Assembly: GCA_965603825.1 (NCBI GenBank)
Contig: CBFDEM010000015.1
Location: forward strand, 310,001-374,000
Source of the DNA: Blepharisma stoltei ATCC 30299
Lineage: Eukaryota; Protista; Ciliophora
Direction: 5' to 3'
Length of the DNA stretch: 64,000 nt
Part shown: one piece after another, positions 11,375 through 22,144 of the stretch
Layout of the letters: the number at the start of each line of letters is the position of its first letter
How positions within the stretch are numbered: position 1 is the first letter of the stretch
Translations under genes and position numbers: made by a program
Notes under the pieces: generated by a model
What the model saw: the letters and a program-made list of their open reading frames with translations, nothing else
Databases searched by the model: none
Told to the model about the DNA's origin: nothing

Positions 11375-12337
11375 ATGGCTCTGAAAGCAGTTTTAAGAAA
11401 ATTTTCTAGTGCAAGAGTAATTTTCACTGGAGCTGCAGGCCAAATTGGCAGTAAGCTTTTGACAAGGGCTCAACAGACCTATGGAATCGAAAATGTTCTA
11501 GCAACTGATTTAAAACAGCCTCCGTCAGGGTGGGAAAAGAACACTCGGTTCGAGCAGCTTGATGTCTTAAACAACTCTCGTATTGAAGAGCTATTTTCAT
11601 CGTATAGGCCTACAATCATTTATCATTTAGCTTCAACTCTAAGTGCACCAAGTGAATTAAATCCTCAGCTTGCACTTAAAGTTAATATCCAAGGTCTCCA
11701 CAATATCTTAGAACAAGCCCGCATCCACAATTCACAAATTTTTGTGGCCTCATCATTAGCTGCTTTTGGGTCATCAACTCCCAAAATCCCTGGAAATCTT
11801 GAAATTCAGAGACCATCCACAATCTATGGGATCACGAAAGTGCATCTGGAACTTATTGGGGAATACTACAATATGAAACATGGAGTCGATTTTCGTAGTC
11901 TTAGGATCCCTGTCATTACTTCTGAAGGAGCGCCAGGTGGAGGGTCTGCTGCATTTACAGTAACAATGTTCTATGATCTTTTAAGCACTGGAAAAACTAT
12001 AATTCCAGTGTCTCCTGATACAAAAATGCCTTTAATGTATCTAGATGACTTAATAGATGGAGTTAGCCAGTTTATGCAAGCTCCAAATGAAAGACTTACT
12101 GCAAGGACTTACACGATGGCCTCTTGTGGAGTTAGTGCAAGTGATTATTGCAACGAAGTGTTAAGATGGACTAATGGGGAAGTTGAGTATAAGCCTGATT
12201 ATAGAGATCCGATTGTAAAAAGCTGGCCTGATGGAACTGATTGGAGTGCTGCTGAAAGAGACTGGGGACATAGGCTGAAATTTGATATGAAAAAGATGGT
12301 AAAAACGATGTACGAGAAACTTACCAATAAAAAATAA
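11375..12337 (+). CDS. TDH: L-threonine 3-dehydrogenase (SDR type), probably mitochondrial
   Basis: TGAAGQIG, HLASTLSA..E.NPQLA..VN, RPSTIYGITKV..EL.GEYY..K.GVDFRSLR, PGGG, SWP; basic N-terminal presequence. Confidence 0.85.
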   Translation: MALKAVLRKFSSARVIFTGAAGQIGSKLLTRAQQTYGIENVLATDLKQPPSGWEKNTRFEQLDVLNNSRIEELFSSYRPTIIYHLASTLSAPSELNPQLALKVNIQGLHNILEQARIHNSQIFVASSLAAFGSSTPKIPGNLEIQRPSTIYGITKVHLELIGEYYNMKHGVDFRSLRIPVITSEGAPGGGSAAFTVTMFYDLLSTGKTIIPVSPDTKMPLMYLDDLIDGVSQFMQAPNERLTARTYTMASCGVSASDYCNEVLRWTNGEVEYKPDYRDPIVKSWPDGTDWSAAERDWGHRLKFDMKKMVKTMYEKLTNKK

Positions 12338-12531
12338 ACATAATCTTTATGTTTAATAAATCTTAACCTGTATATATTCGAGTTTGCAAAAACCTAATAA
12401 TAATTTTTATTTAGGCTTGTGCTGAAATTTTTGATAATTAGACTGAGCTTCAAGAACAATATATTTACGTATATATTCATCCAATAGCATTATAACCTAA
12501 TAATAAAGAAGGAATTTTATAAATTTGCATT

Positions 12532-13188
12532 ATGGAAATGCCAATTGACCTAAATTCTCTCCATTCCAAGCCGCCTTTATTACCTTATCAAATTTACTCA
12601 GCCATAAAAGGTGAAAAACTCCCAAGTCACCCTTTATTAAAGCCAGTCCAAATTGAAAAGGAGCGTGATGCTGGCATATTAAATGAATTTTGTGATAATG
12701 TTGGAGAACTCGAAACAACAATGAGAATGACTCAAAGACATGGTTCATTTCTTGAAGTTAAAAGAAAACGGTTTATGAATCGAAGAAACACTGATAGAGA
12801 AATCATATATAAAAGTGACTTTATTCCTGAAAAAGATGCAAATAAAATTTACAAGCCAGCACCCTTTATATCAGAGAAGCTAAAACTCTTAGCAAATGAA
12901 TGCTTAAAGCCAGAAAGATCCAGAAGTTTATCTCCTATAAATCCAAGGCTACTAGCGAACGTTGATCATCATAAACATGAAATGACAAAAACACAGCCTA
13001 TCGTAATAGCAAGCTTTCATCAAAGCACGCCAATTTTATTTAAGCAAACTAGAGTGCTACATTTGTCTTCAAGTTTATCAAGACCAGCAAAGCTGAAGCA
13101 ATTATCACCAAAAAGAGATATTATAAGGCTCAAAGAAAGCATAAAATCCAAAGTTGATTTGCTCAGACGGTCATATCAAGCTAATTAA
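12532..13188 (+). CDS. Hypothetical basic protein
   Basis: 218-aa ATG-TAA ORF between AT-rich flanks; no motif recognised. Confidence 0.65.
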   Translation: MEMPIDLNSLHSKPPLLPYQIYSAIKGEKLPSHPLLKPVQIEKERDAGILNEFCDNVGELETTMRMTQRHGSFLEVKRKRFMNRRNTDREIIYKSDFIPEKDANKIYKPAPFISEKLKLLANECLKPERSRSLSPINPRLLANVDHHKHEMTKTQPIVIASFHQSTPILFKQTRVLHLSSSLSRPAKLKQLSPKRDIIRLKESIKSKVDLLRRSYQAN

Positions 13189-13283
13189 CTGATTAATAAC
13201 TTTTTCCATACCTACACCTTTTATGGCAAATTTAAACTAATTAAGCTATTTAGGCTATAATAGTTAAAAACTACTTTGCTTAA

Positions 13284-13967
13284 TTAAGCTTGTTGAGTTA
13301 CCGTAAATTTTACGTTAGTTGTTGCAAGAGTTACACTAATAGGAGAGGCAGATCCACAAGTGCCTGTGCAAACAGCTACTTGCCCAGTGTAATTTCCAGC
13401 AGGATATCCTCCATCTGTGACCACTTGGAACTTAGCTGAGTATGCCCCAATTGGGAATCCTTCATTAAGATAGCTCTGGGTGAGGACGCTTTTATCAGGA
13501 GTTTTCAATGTTAAGGCGACTTCACCTGTTCCTGTTTCTTTGGTCACTTGAAAAAGCACTTGGATGTTGAAGGTTGAGAACTGAGCAGCTGTTGATGGGG
13601 TCACATAAGTATTAGTGATATTGGCTGCTCCTCCTTTGACTGCAGGACACTGCTTAAGATCTTCACAAAAATAGATTGGATCTGGAGCGTCTTTTTTAAT
13701 ATCTTCTGTAAAAACTTTGACTCCTACACTGAGACATAAAAATCCACAGATTTCAACTGGCAGCTTGGCTTTTAGAATACCACAGATATCATCGCAGGAG
13801 TTTGGAATTGCGTGGTTGTTTACATAGTTGTAAAGAGTTAGAAGCTCATCTTTGCCAAATTGGACACAAGGAGGACACATGTCGACTCCACCCAAAGATG
13901 AGAGATTGGACTCTGAAAAAGAAAGTGCTAAAATACTAAGAAATAAAACAGTTTTAAGTCCAGACAT
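13284..13967 (-). CDS. Countin-like secreted saposin-domain protein
   Basis: ATG at 13967, signal peptide, CPPCVQF...CDDIC...ICGFLC..VG...F......PDPIYFCEDLKQCP saposin-like Cys pattern followed by a beta-rich domain with CxGxCGS. Confidence 0.75.
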   Translation of the reverse strand: MSGLKTVLFLSILALSFSESNLSSLGGVDMCPPCVQFGKDELLTLYNYVNNHAIPNSCDDICGILKAKLPVEICGFLCLSVGVKVFTEDIKKDAPDPIYFCEDLKQCPAVKGGAANITNTYVTPSTAAQFSTFNIQVLFQVTKETGTGEVALTLKTPDKSVLTQSYLNEGFPIGAYSAKFQVVTDGGYPAGNYTGQVAVCTGTCGSASPISVTLATTNVKFTVTQQA

Positions 13968-14413
13968 ATTATTTGCTACTAAAAGCAAGAGCAAAGTATT
14001 TCGTTTATCCTCTCAATTATTAATTTGAGTTGCAAGCATATTAAAATAATCAACAAAAGTTATTAAAAGTGCTTAAAATTAAGTGCATACCCTATTGTAG
14101 ATACTGAAATTTGGCCTAAATCCTTATCTATTTATCATGCTTAAGAACTTCATATACCTTAGATTTAACTATTAATAAATTATGCTCTTTAGCATATATT
14201 ATAAATATTTGAGTGTTTGAGCATCCTAAGTGAATTTATAAACCTAAGTTAATTTTTCACTTTTAGAAATTAATAACTTTCAAATCTAAAAAACGAATAA
14301 TCTTATATATATCCATGCTTCCATGACTGTCAAAATATATGATTACCTTTATGCATCTTTAAGACATTAAGTTCTTGACTATTTAAATAGCAGCTAAATA
14401 TTTATATTATAAA

Positions 14414-16870
14414 ATGTTTGATGATGCAAGCTATAGTGACATTCTCAAGCGCAAAAGGATTGAGCTCGCCAACCTAAACAAGAAAAAAGATCGAATTATT
14501 GATGAAAACGAGATCTTAGCTGAGCAGCTGGAAAACTACGAACAAAAGATAGAAGATAAGAAAAAAGAGCTTGCCTATAAGCAAGGAAAAGAAGACGAAA
14601 CAATTGAAATAAAATCAAGCTTCACTGGTGGAGATGCAGAAAGACGCGAGAAAGAGCTTGAAGAATGGGTCAAATATAAGCTGATTGATTTAATAAAAAC
14701 TGATGATGAAAGTGAAGGTAAAGATAAAAGAACCCGCCTTCAAGAGTACGAAAGCGAAGTTCCACTAATAATTACCTCAGTCTATATTCGCTTTGTCCCT
14801 GGCTTGCGCGATGGTGACTTTGAAAAATTCGAGAAAATGGACCCACATGAAGCTTTATTCAAAATAAATAAAACCACGACTTTTCATGACTTGAAAGCGA
14901 CTGCATGCGAATTCTGAGTATTTTTTATATAGCAAATCAAAGATCCCGATTCTGTAGGTTTCCGAGCTAACAATTTTGCACTTCTTGGCTTATTTATGGA
15001 TGAAAACGTCCAGGAATGTATCATAAACGAAAGAATTCCTCCTGAATTTTGGCTGTTTTCGATTGACAATCAAGCAAAAAGCAGCTTTACCACTTTGAAT
15101 GATTGCTTTTTAGACCCTTCTATTATAAGTCAGTTTAAAGTTGGCTCAGTAAAAAGGAGATTTGCAGGAAGAGCAAGAGGACTTTCGGATAGGCAGCATA
15201 TGAATAACTTCAAAAAACTATCTGAAATGTACAAGGGGCTAGAATCTTTTAAACGGGTCGATATTGACTTAAATGATGACGCTATTCTTAAGGAGAAAAC
15301 CCAAGGGTCTTATGCAAGTTTCAACACAATGATTATCATTCTAGTTTGTCTTGCAATTTCTGCAGCTTTGAATATCGTGAGAAGAAACGTAAATTCAGAC
15401 TATTGGCTCCAGAAAGGCATAAACCAAGGCTTATTAGTAGATTTTTCTGACCAAAAAAATTACTGGGCAATAAGTACGTTTGATGATGTCGATAAATTTG
15501 TAATAAACGTATTAGCGCCAAATGTATTTAACAGTCAATATCTCTATCAAAATAATTTTATAAGAAGATATTACTTGGTTGGCCCAGTTAGAATTCGACA
15601 AGTTAGAACTAAAGAAATGGATTGTCCTGAAGCTTCAAACTGGGATATATCTTCAAATTTTACCTGCTATCATCAAGCCTATACATCAAGCACAAAATAT
15701 ACAGAGAATATCGAAGGCAAAACCGATTCCTGAAATGTCTATCAAAGCGCCTCAGAAACTGGGATCGATTGGAATTTTGATGGTGAATTTTCTAGCTACG
15801 ATGGCTCTGGCTATATTTATGATTCATGGCCTTCTAACACGACTAAAGAACAGTTCATTAATAGTTATATGGCATTGAAAGCGGCGAACTGAATCTGGCT
15901 TGAAACCCGGGGCTTATTTTTAAGTTTTAATTTATATGCTCCTACTTATGAAAAATTTATTTCTGTATGTATGGTTATGGAGATAAGCACAACTGGCCTT
16001 GTATTTCCTACTTATTTTCATTCTTCTGTATTCAAGCTTTTTCATGAAGGGACTTCTAAAGATGATTCAATGCTGATTCTCGAAATAGTCCGATTTATTC
16101 TTGGGTTTTATCTTCTATATATCACAGTAAGAATGGTTATGAGGAAAACTGATGACTCTAGAAACTACCAGTATTTGTTTACTACAAGAGGAGTTGGGGA
16201 TTTAATTATTTTTTGTCTGATTGTATCTGCTTTTGCTTTTAATTTTAAACACGATATAAAGAAAAGCCATATTTTGAGGGAAAAGTACACAGATTTGCAA
16301 CAGTCGGCTGAAGATTATAATACTTATATTACTCTGAATGCGTGGCTTATTCTTTTATTTATGCTGAGAATGCTCTCATTTTTGAATATCACTAAAAAAG
16401 TTGGAACATATTTGCTAACCATGCAAATGGCTGCAAGAAATGTGATTTGTTTGATTTTCATTTTAGGGCCAATCTTGTTGGGTCTTCTAATGGTGACTTA
16501 TAACATATATGGAGCAAATAATTATTACTGAAGAACTTTCAGCTGGAATATACTCTCTGATATCATGTTCTTGCTTGGGCTAGGATCTATTGATGATTTA
16601 ATAAAGCTTGCTCCCACTTGGACAGTTGGTTTCTTATATGTTTATTTCTTTGCAATAGTATTTTTCCTTTTCTCTGCATTTTTAGCATTATTAATTGATA
16701 CTTATAGAAGAGTTTTTCTTAGAAATAAGAGTCTTTCAATTGCCAAGAAAGAACAACAGGACAAGGTTAAGTCTATTTATAAAGAGTGGCTTTATTCTTC
16801 AGCGCCCTGCTTCAAGCCTAAGCCAGAAGAAGAGAAGCATGAAGATTCTGAAGAAGATAATTATGCTTAA
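14414..16870 (+). CDS. Polycystin-2 (PKD2/TRPP)-like cation channel; 1 intron, several TGA-Trp
   Basis: Four track ORFs join through intron 14918-14932 and TGA=W; polycystin motifs LVGPVRIRQVR..C, YDGSGY, NWIWLETRGLFLSFNLY; about six TM segments; N-terminal coiled coil. Confidence 0.85.
14918..14932 (+). other. 15-nt spliceosomal intron
   Basis: gtattttttatatag; removal deletes an in-frame TAG and joins ...CEFW|QIKDP... Confidence 0.85.
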
Positions 16871-16977
16871 TAAAAATGAGATGCCATAAAATGGAGTACA
16901 TAATTTTTAATTATATTTTACATAAACCTCTAATCAAATAATAAATAAACTACATTAAGATAATCTAGACTTGGCAA

Positions 16978-17727
16978 CTAGGCCAGTTTAATTTTTAGCA
17001 ATGAATTTGTAATTTCATCATGAATATTTTTATGATGCAAAAAATAAAAATTAGCACGCTGATTGCTTTTGTTTATTTTTTCTGCGAATTCTTCGCATTT
17101 TATAAGTCCTTTGTATAGCTGCTTTGTTTTTTTCAACACAACGCTTTTACAACGTTTATTTTGCTTAAGTAGGTTACTACAGATTTTTGTGACATTCTCG
17201 CAAACTTTCAAAGGAGGGTTTTTAATCGAATTTTTCTGAAAAAGGTCTATAGATGACTTTGATAATTTTTTCGGCTTTGAATTAAATGAATTTAATTTTC
17301 TTAGCTTTTCTTCAGTAATTTCATTTCTTTTCTTAGACTTCTCTATAAAAGAAAGGTTTAAGGGAAATGGAATTGGCTTTGATTTTTCATAAACTTTTTG
17401 GGTCAGATTTCTAATAACCGGAATAGGCGTTGCTAAAAATTTTGAGGGCATTATTTTCTGGTCATATAAGTCTTTAAAACTTATGCTTAAATCTGCTGAG
17501 GAAAACTCTGTGATTGCTTGAAATAGGTTTCTTTTACGATGTTGAGGTGTGCAGTCTAATACTGGCTCTCCAACTAAAAATTCTTTTCTTATAAACTGCT
17601 TTTTTTGGAGTACTTCAATAACCTTTATATTTTCGCTTGTGTTATTACTGCTTATAGGTCTGCTTTGAATGAGGCTATTTTGGCTTGCTTTCTGGAAGTT
17701 TGGATTTTTTAAGTCTTTTTCACCCAT
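16978..17727 (-). CDS. Hypothetical Lys-rich protein
   Basis: 249-aa ATG-TAG ORF; no motif recognised. Confidence 0.6.
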   Translation of the reverse strand: MGEKDLKNPNFQKASQNSLIQSRPISSNNTSENIKVIEVLQKKQFIRKEFLVGEPVLDCTPQHRKRNLFQAITEFSSADLSISFKDLYDQKIMPSKFLATPIPVIRNLTQKVYEKSKPIPFPLNLSFIEKSKKRNEITEEKLRKLNSFNSKPKKLSKSSIDLFQKNSIKNPPLKVCENVTKICSNLLKQNKRCKSVVLKKTKQLYKGLIKCEEFAEKINKSNQRANFYFLHHKNIHDEITNSLLKIKLA

Positions 17728-17880
17728 TTTCGTTTAATTACTTTATGAATTTGCGGTATAATGCCCTTAAAATTGTCTGTGTAGTCTATGTTTTAGCTTA
17801 TTATAAATATTTATTGATTGCTTAAATATTTTCATTCAATATAAATTAATTATTTTATGAGGATTAAAAACCATTGGGAA

Positions 17881-19182
17881 TTATTTAATATTACTTTGTA
17901 CAATTTTGTAATACGCTAGCGTTAATTGATTTTCGATCCAAGTGTGTCATTTATTAAACGGAACGTCTTCAGCAACTGCTTTCTTATATAATTCATTTGC
18001 AGGAAACCTACAGATTTCATGCATAAACGGCAAGTTCATTTTTATAGCTTGTGTTGCTAGAATAAAATACTCTTCTCCGGGGTCTTTTCTTATTGGATTT
18101 GCTAAATATCGAGGCTTTTTACAGCTTGTTCAGGAAAAATTATCATTAGAATACCTAAGGGAATAGCTTCTTCTTGTTTTCGATATAATTGGAGAGCATA
18201 AAAGAAATGAGTTTGTAGAATCTCTTAAGGCATTTTTGGAGAGGCTTGGAGAATGGTTGTTTTCTTCGTCGGAAACATCAGTTCAAAGGTTTTCTTGTTC
18301 ATCTAAATATTGTATCTCATTAAATAGACTAGTTTCTTTATTTCAATCCTGCTTAGTAACTGGGCAAGTATTTTTATTGACTTCAAGCTCTTCTTGCAAT
18401 TTTTCATTTTTTACTTTGAGTAACTCTACACTTTTTATTAATTCATTGTTGACTTTTGAGTATTTTTTATAATTATTTTTTGTATCCTCTAATTCTTTTT
18501 CAAGAAAATTAATTTGCTCTATTGATTTTAGATATTTTTGCTCAATGCTCTTTGCTATTGTTTGTTGTGTTTTCAGCATATGCATTTGCTCCTCCATATC
18601 TCTTATCTTTTTCTTATAAGTTTTCTCTTTTTCAAGCTTGGATTCTTCTATTGAGCTTATTTGTTTGATTAAAATTTCCTTTTGCGTTTCGATCCGATTT
18701 TCATAGTCAACTATTAATTTTCTTAGAAAATCAGGCAATTTTTTAAGTTTTTCACTTTCAACTAAAACTTGTGAATTCTCAGCAGTAAGAACTAGCAATT
18801 CTTCTTCACAACTCTGAAGTGCGTTGTTGGCTTGGGTATATTTTTCTTCATAACTGTGAATTTCAGACTTATACCGTTCGATCTCTATATAAAGTTGGCT
18901 GTTAAGACACTTATATTTTCGTTTTTTCTCGACTATTTGATTTATTTGTGCTTTAAGATTTTCATTGCTTTTGATAAGTTCTTTGGCAATACCTATGCAG
19001 GCTAAAAACTCTTTTTCACGATCTATAAGCTCTTGGATTGTATATTTTAGTTCTTCAGCTATGTCTACCTGGCTGAGATCTATTAGATTTCTTCTGCTTA
19101 GATATGGAGAAGATAATCGATGTGATATGGAGTCTAAGGCTATAATAAGCTGTGTAGTGTCAAGTTCTAACGGAAAAGACAT
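17881..19182 (-). CDS. Coiled-coil protein with compact C-terminal domain (EEYFILATQAIKMN...VPFNKWHTWI)
   Basis: Track ORF 18343..19182 continues through four TGA codons to TAA at 17881-17883. Confidence 0.75.
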
Positions 19183-19463
19183 TTTAGTTAAAATTTGTAT
19201 TTAGCAGAATTGTTATAGGAGTAAATGGCTTTAGAAAGCAATAATTTTATACTAAATATCAGCAAAGGAGATTGAATAAACGATTGTTGGCTGAACTTTA
19301 AAGCTTGTTATAAATATTTATGCATATATCTAAAAATCTAGTCAAAATGATTCACGCGAAATAATGATAAAACTTTACTATATATTAAAATTCATTTTCA
19401 TATCATTGATAATTTTCTAAGATTTTATTGCAAAATTAATTTTCCACAAAAATTTAAACAAAA

Positions 19464-20147
19464 ATGGGTTGTGTAGAGACTAGAGAGCACAAAGTTGTCG
19501 AATCAAAATCCGCCCAAACTGAAGAAGAGTCTACTAACCTCCCTACTTTTTATTCGTTTGCATCTACCCTAGAAACTACTAAAGATGCTCGATTTACTTC
19601 AGATACTCAGACTTCCACAAATCTTCTCGAAGAAGAATTGACTGCATTGAAGCTTGAGAAAAAATCCCTTGAACACACCATTTTAGCTCTCTCAGATCAA
19701 GCCAAACTTTATGAAGCAAAATCTGAAGCTCTTCAACAGTCCATTCTATCCCTTTCTCAAGAAGTTGAAAAATTAAAAAATTCCCAACTTTTATGTGAAA
19801 ATGAAAACAAAACCCAAAAAGAAAAGATTCTTGAGCTCAATGATACTATGAAAAAACGTAGTGAAGAATATAATCAATTATTGGCAAATGCGTATGATAA
19901 CTCGAAAAATGACAAAATAGCTATAGAAGATCTGAAGAGAAAAAATTTTGAGTTAGAAAAAACGAATAAAGTATCAAATTTTACAATGATTAAGAGTTTA
20001 CAGCATGAAATAGAACAGTCTAATAAGGAAGAAAAGCTCAGATTTATTAAAGGAATTAAGGCAGGAAGTTTTTCTTTTGGGAGTAAAGAGGAATTAAGAA
20101 GGAATTGAAGAAGTGGAATCTTAATAGAGGAAGAAGATACAATCTAA
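19464..20147 (+). CDS. Coiled-coil protein with MGC N-terminus (candidate myristoylation/palmitoylation)
   Basis: ORF extended past TGA 20106-20108 to TAA 20145-20147; heptad-rich. Confidence 0.7.
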
Positions 20148-20651
20148 AACAAAGCTTAGGCAATAAGTAAAAATATAGGAATGTGCTATTATTTTAATAA
20201 TCATGCTATATTTTAAGTTGAATATCTATATTTTGTTGCTTTTTAGCAACACCTCATCCTTATTTCGAAAAATAAACATAATTTTTGTGCTTTAAGGATT
20301 TCAATGTAAATACATCTCATTGAAATTTTTAATCAAAATTAAGATGAGTTGGCGAAATTAAATAATTATGACGCTCAATAGTCTTCGTAAGAGATGAGTT
20401 ATTTAGTTACAGTCACGCCCATGAAAATATCCTTATCATTATTAAAGAGCTTTCATAGCCGCTAAGTATTCCTAATTGGCAATGTATAATCAATTATTCA
20501 ATTTTTATAGCTAGGAAACACCCATTTTTATGAAAATGCTCAAAAAGGAGTTTCCTAACAGAAAAATTTTATAGTAATTTGTAAAGTCTGTTTTCCTCAG
20601 ATTTTATTTGAAATTGGTTGCTTTGTAGCATTTAATAAAAATCAATCCATA

Positions 20652-21110
20652 TATGATTCACTGGAGTATATTTTGTCAAATTTAACTTAGATAAATAAGA
20701 GCAAAAATCATCAGAATTTTATCAATAAATTCTTATGGCCAATTTACAGAAATTACCCATGAAAATTTCAGTTTAGGCGAAAACTTAACCATTCTTTGTA
20801 TTTAGCTGAGTAAAATCCATTAATCCTTATATCTATAAAAAATTATATTGTCGAAATTCTGCGGAATCCCTCCTTTGGCGCCTGAAAGAGAAGGATAAAC
20901 TATAGGAGATTTAGATGGCTTTTTAGACCAATTGATCTCTTTTTTTACCAGCGGAATTTATATTGCAAGAGCGAGAAATCCCACAATAGAAGATATTATG
21001 CTGTATTACTATTTGAGTGAAATGGAGATGGGAAACTTTGATTAGCAGCTATGCCAATTCTTTGAGTGGAGAGAAGAGCTTGGAAAAATTGAAGCTGTTA
21101 GAGATGAGAC
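20652..21110 (+). pseudogene. Degraded glutathione S-transferase paralog
   Basis: Fragments SINSYGQFTEITHENFSLGE..YLAE and DLDGFLDQLISFFTSGIYIARARNPTIEDIMLYYYLSEMEMGNFD* align to the adjacent GST; in-frame TAA/TAG, frameshifts and internal deletions; boundaries approximate. Confidence 0.85.
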
Positions 21111-21343
21111 AAGCTATTGCTCTGTGGAACTAAGAGGTTTAAAAATTATTAAAGAAAGAAAAATCAACTTGCTATATAGAGTCATTTTATTAACCAACTC
21201 GTGAGACTGGCTGGAAATTTTCTTTAAATCAATCTTACAATAATATTTGTAATTACTCATTCAGTTTTATTTCAAGTAAATATGAGTTTCAAAATTTGAG
21301 CGATATTCTGTTTTAAAATAGCCTATAAATTTATCAATAAAAC

Positions 21344-22012
21344 ATGACAGATCATCCTATTAGGATTCATGGGCTTAATCTTTCGCCTCCTTGCAGAATA
21401 GTAATGATATTTTGCAAGCTCCACAATATCCCTTATGAGCTTGTCGTTGTTGACCTAACAAAAGGAGAGCATAAGTCTCCAGAATTTTTAGCTATAAATC
21501 CTTATGGTCAAGTTCCAGCAATAACTCATGGTAGCTTCAGTCTAGGAGAATGCGGCGCAATTATTTATTATTTAGCTGAAGCTTTTCATACTGACTCTCA
21601 ATGGTTTCCTTCAAATCCTCAGCTTCGAGCAATTATTAATTCTTCACTCCACTGGCATCATACAAATACTATGAAAGCTCTAACACCTTATCTTTTCGAG
21701 AAAATAGTAGGGCCAAGATTCTTTGGAAGACCTCAAATAACAGTTGAAAAGGAGGCTGAAGTTACTGCAAATTTAGATGCCTTCTTAAGAAGGATCGATA
21801 CAATCTTTGAAAGTGGAGTGTATATCGCAAGAACAAGCAGCCCGACAATTGCTGATATCTTGCTATTTAGCTATTTGTCTCAGCTAGAAATGGAAAATTT
21901 CGATTTCGGTCCTTACAAATCTGTCAGAAAATGGTATGGAGAAATTGATAGCATTCCTGCTGTCAGAGAAGTGCATGAGCCTTTGAGGCAATTTATTCAA
22001 AATGTGAGTTAA
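21344..22012 (+). CDS. Glutathione S-transferase, theta-like
   Basis: SPPCR, GEHKSPEFLAINPYGQVPAI, LGECGAI..YL, PTIADI motifs. Confidence 0.92.
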   Translation: MTDHPIRIHGLNLSPPCRIVMIFCKLHNIPYELVVVDLTKGEHKSPEFLAINPYGQVPAITHGSFSLGECGAIIYYLAEAFHTDSQWFPSNPQLRAIINSSLHWHHTNTMKALTPYLFEKIVGPRFFGRPQITVEKEAEVTANLDAFLRRIDTIFESGVYIARTSSPTIADILLFSYLSQLEMENFDFGPYKSVRKWYGEIDSIPAVREVHEPLRQFIQNVS

Positions 22013-22144
22013 TTTCTCAGAATTAATTATTATATTTAAAATTCAATTATTATCGCTACTGGATTTCCAGTTATCTTATTTAGCCAGGTTTTAAAACTGA
22101 CTGGAAATTTAGCCTTTTATAAATTTTTTTAATAGCCAAATAAA

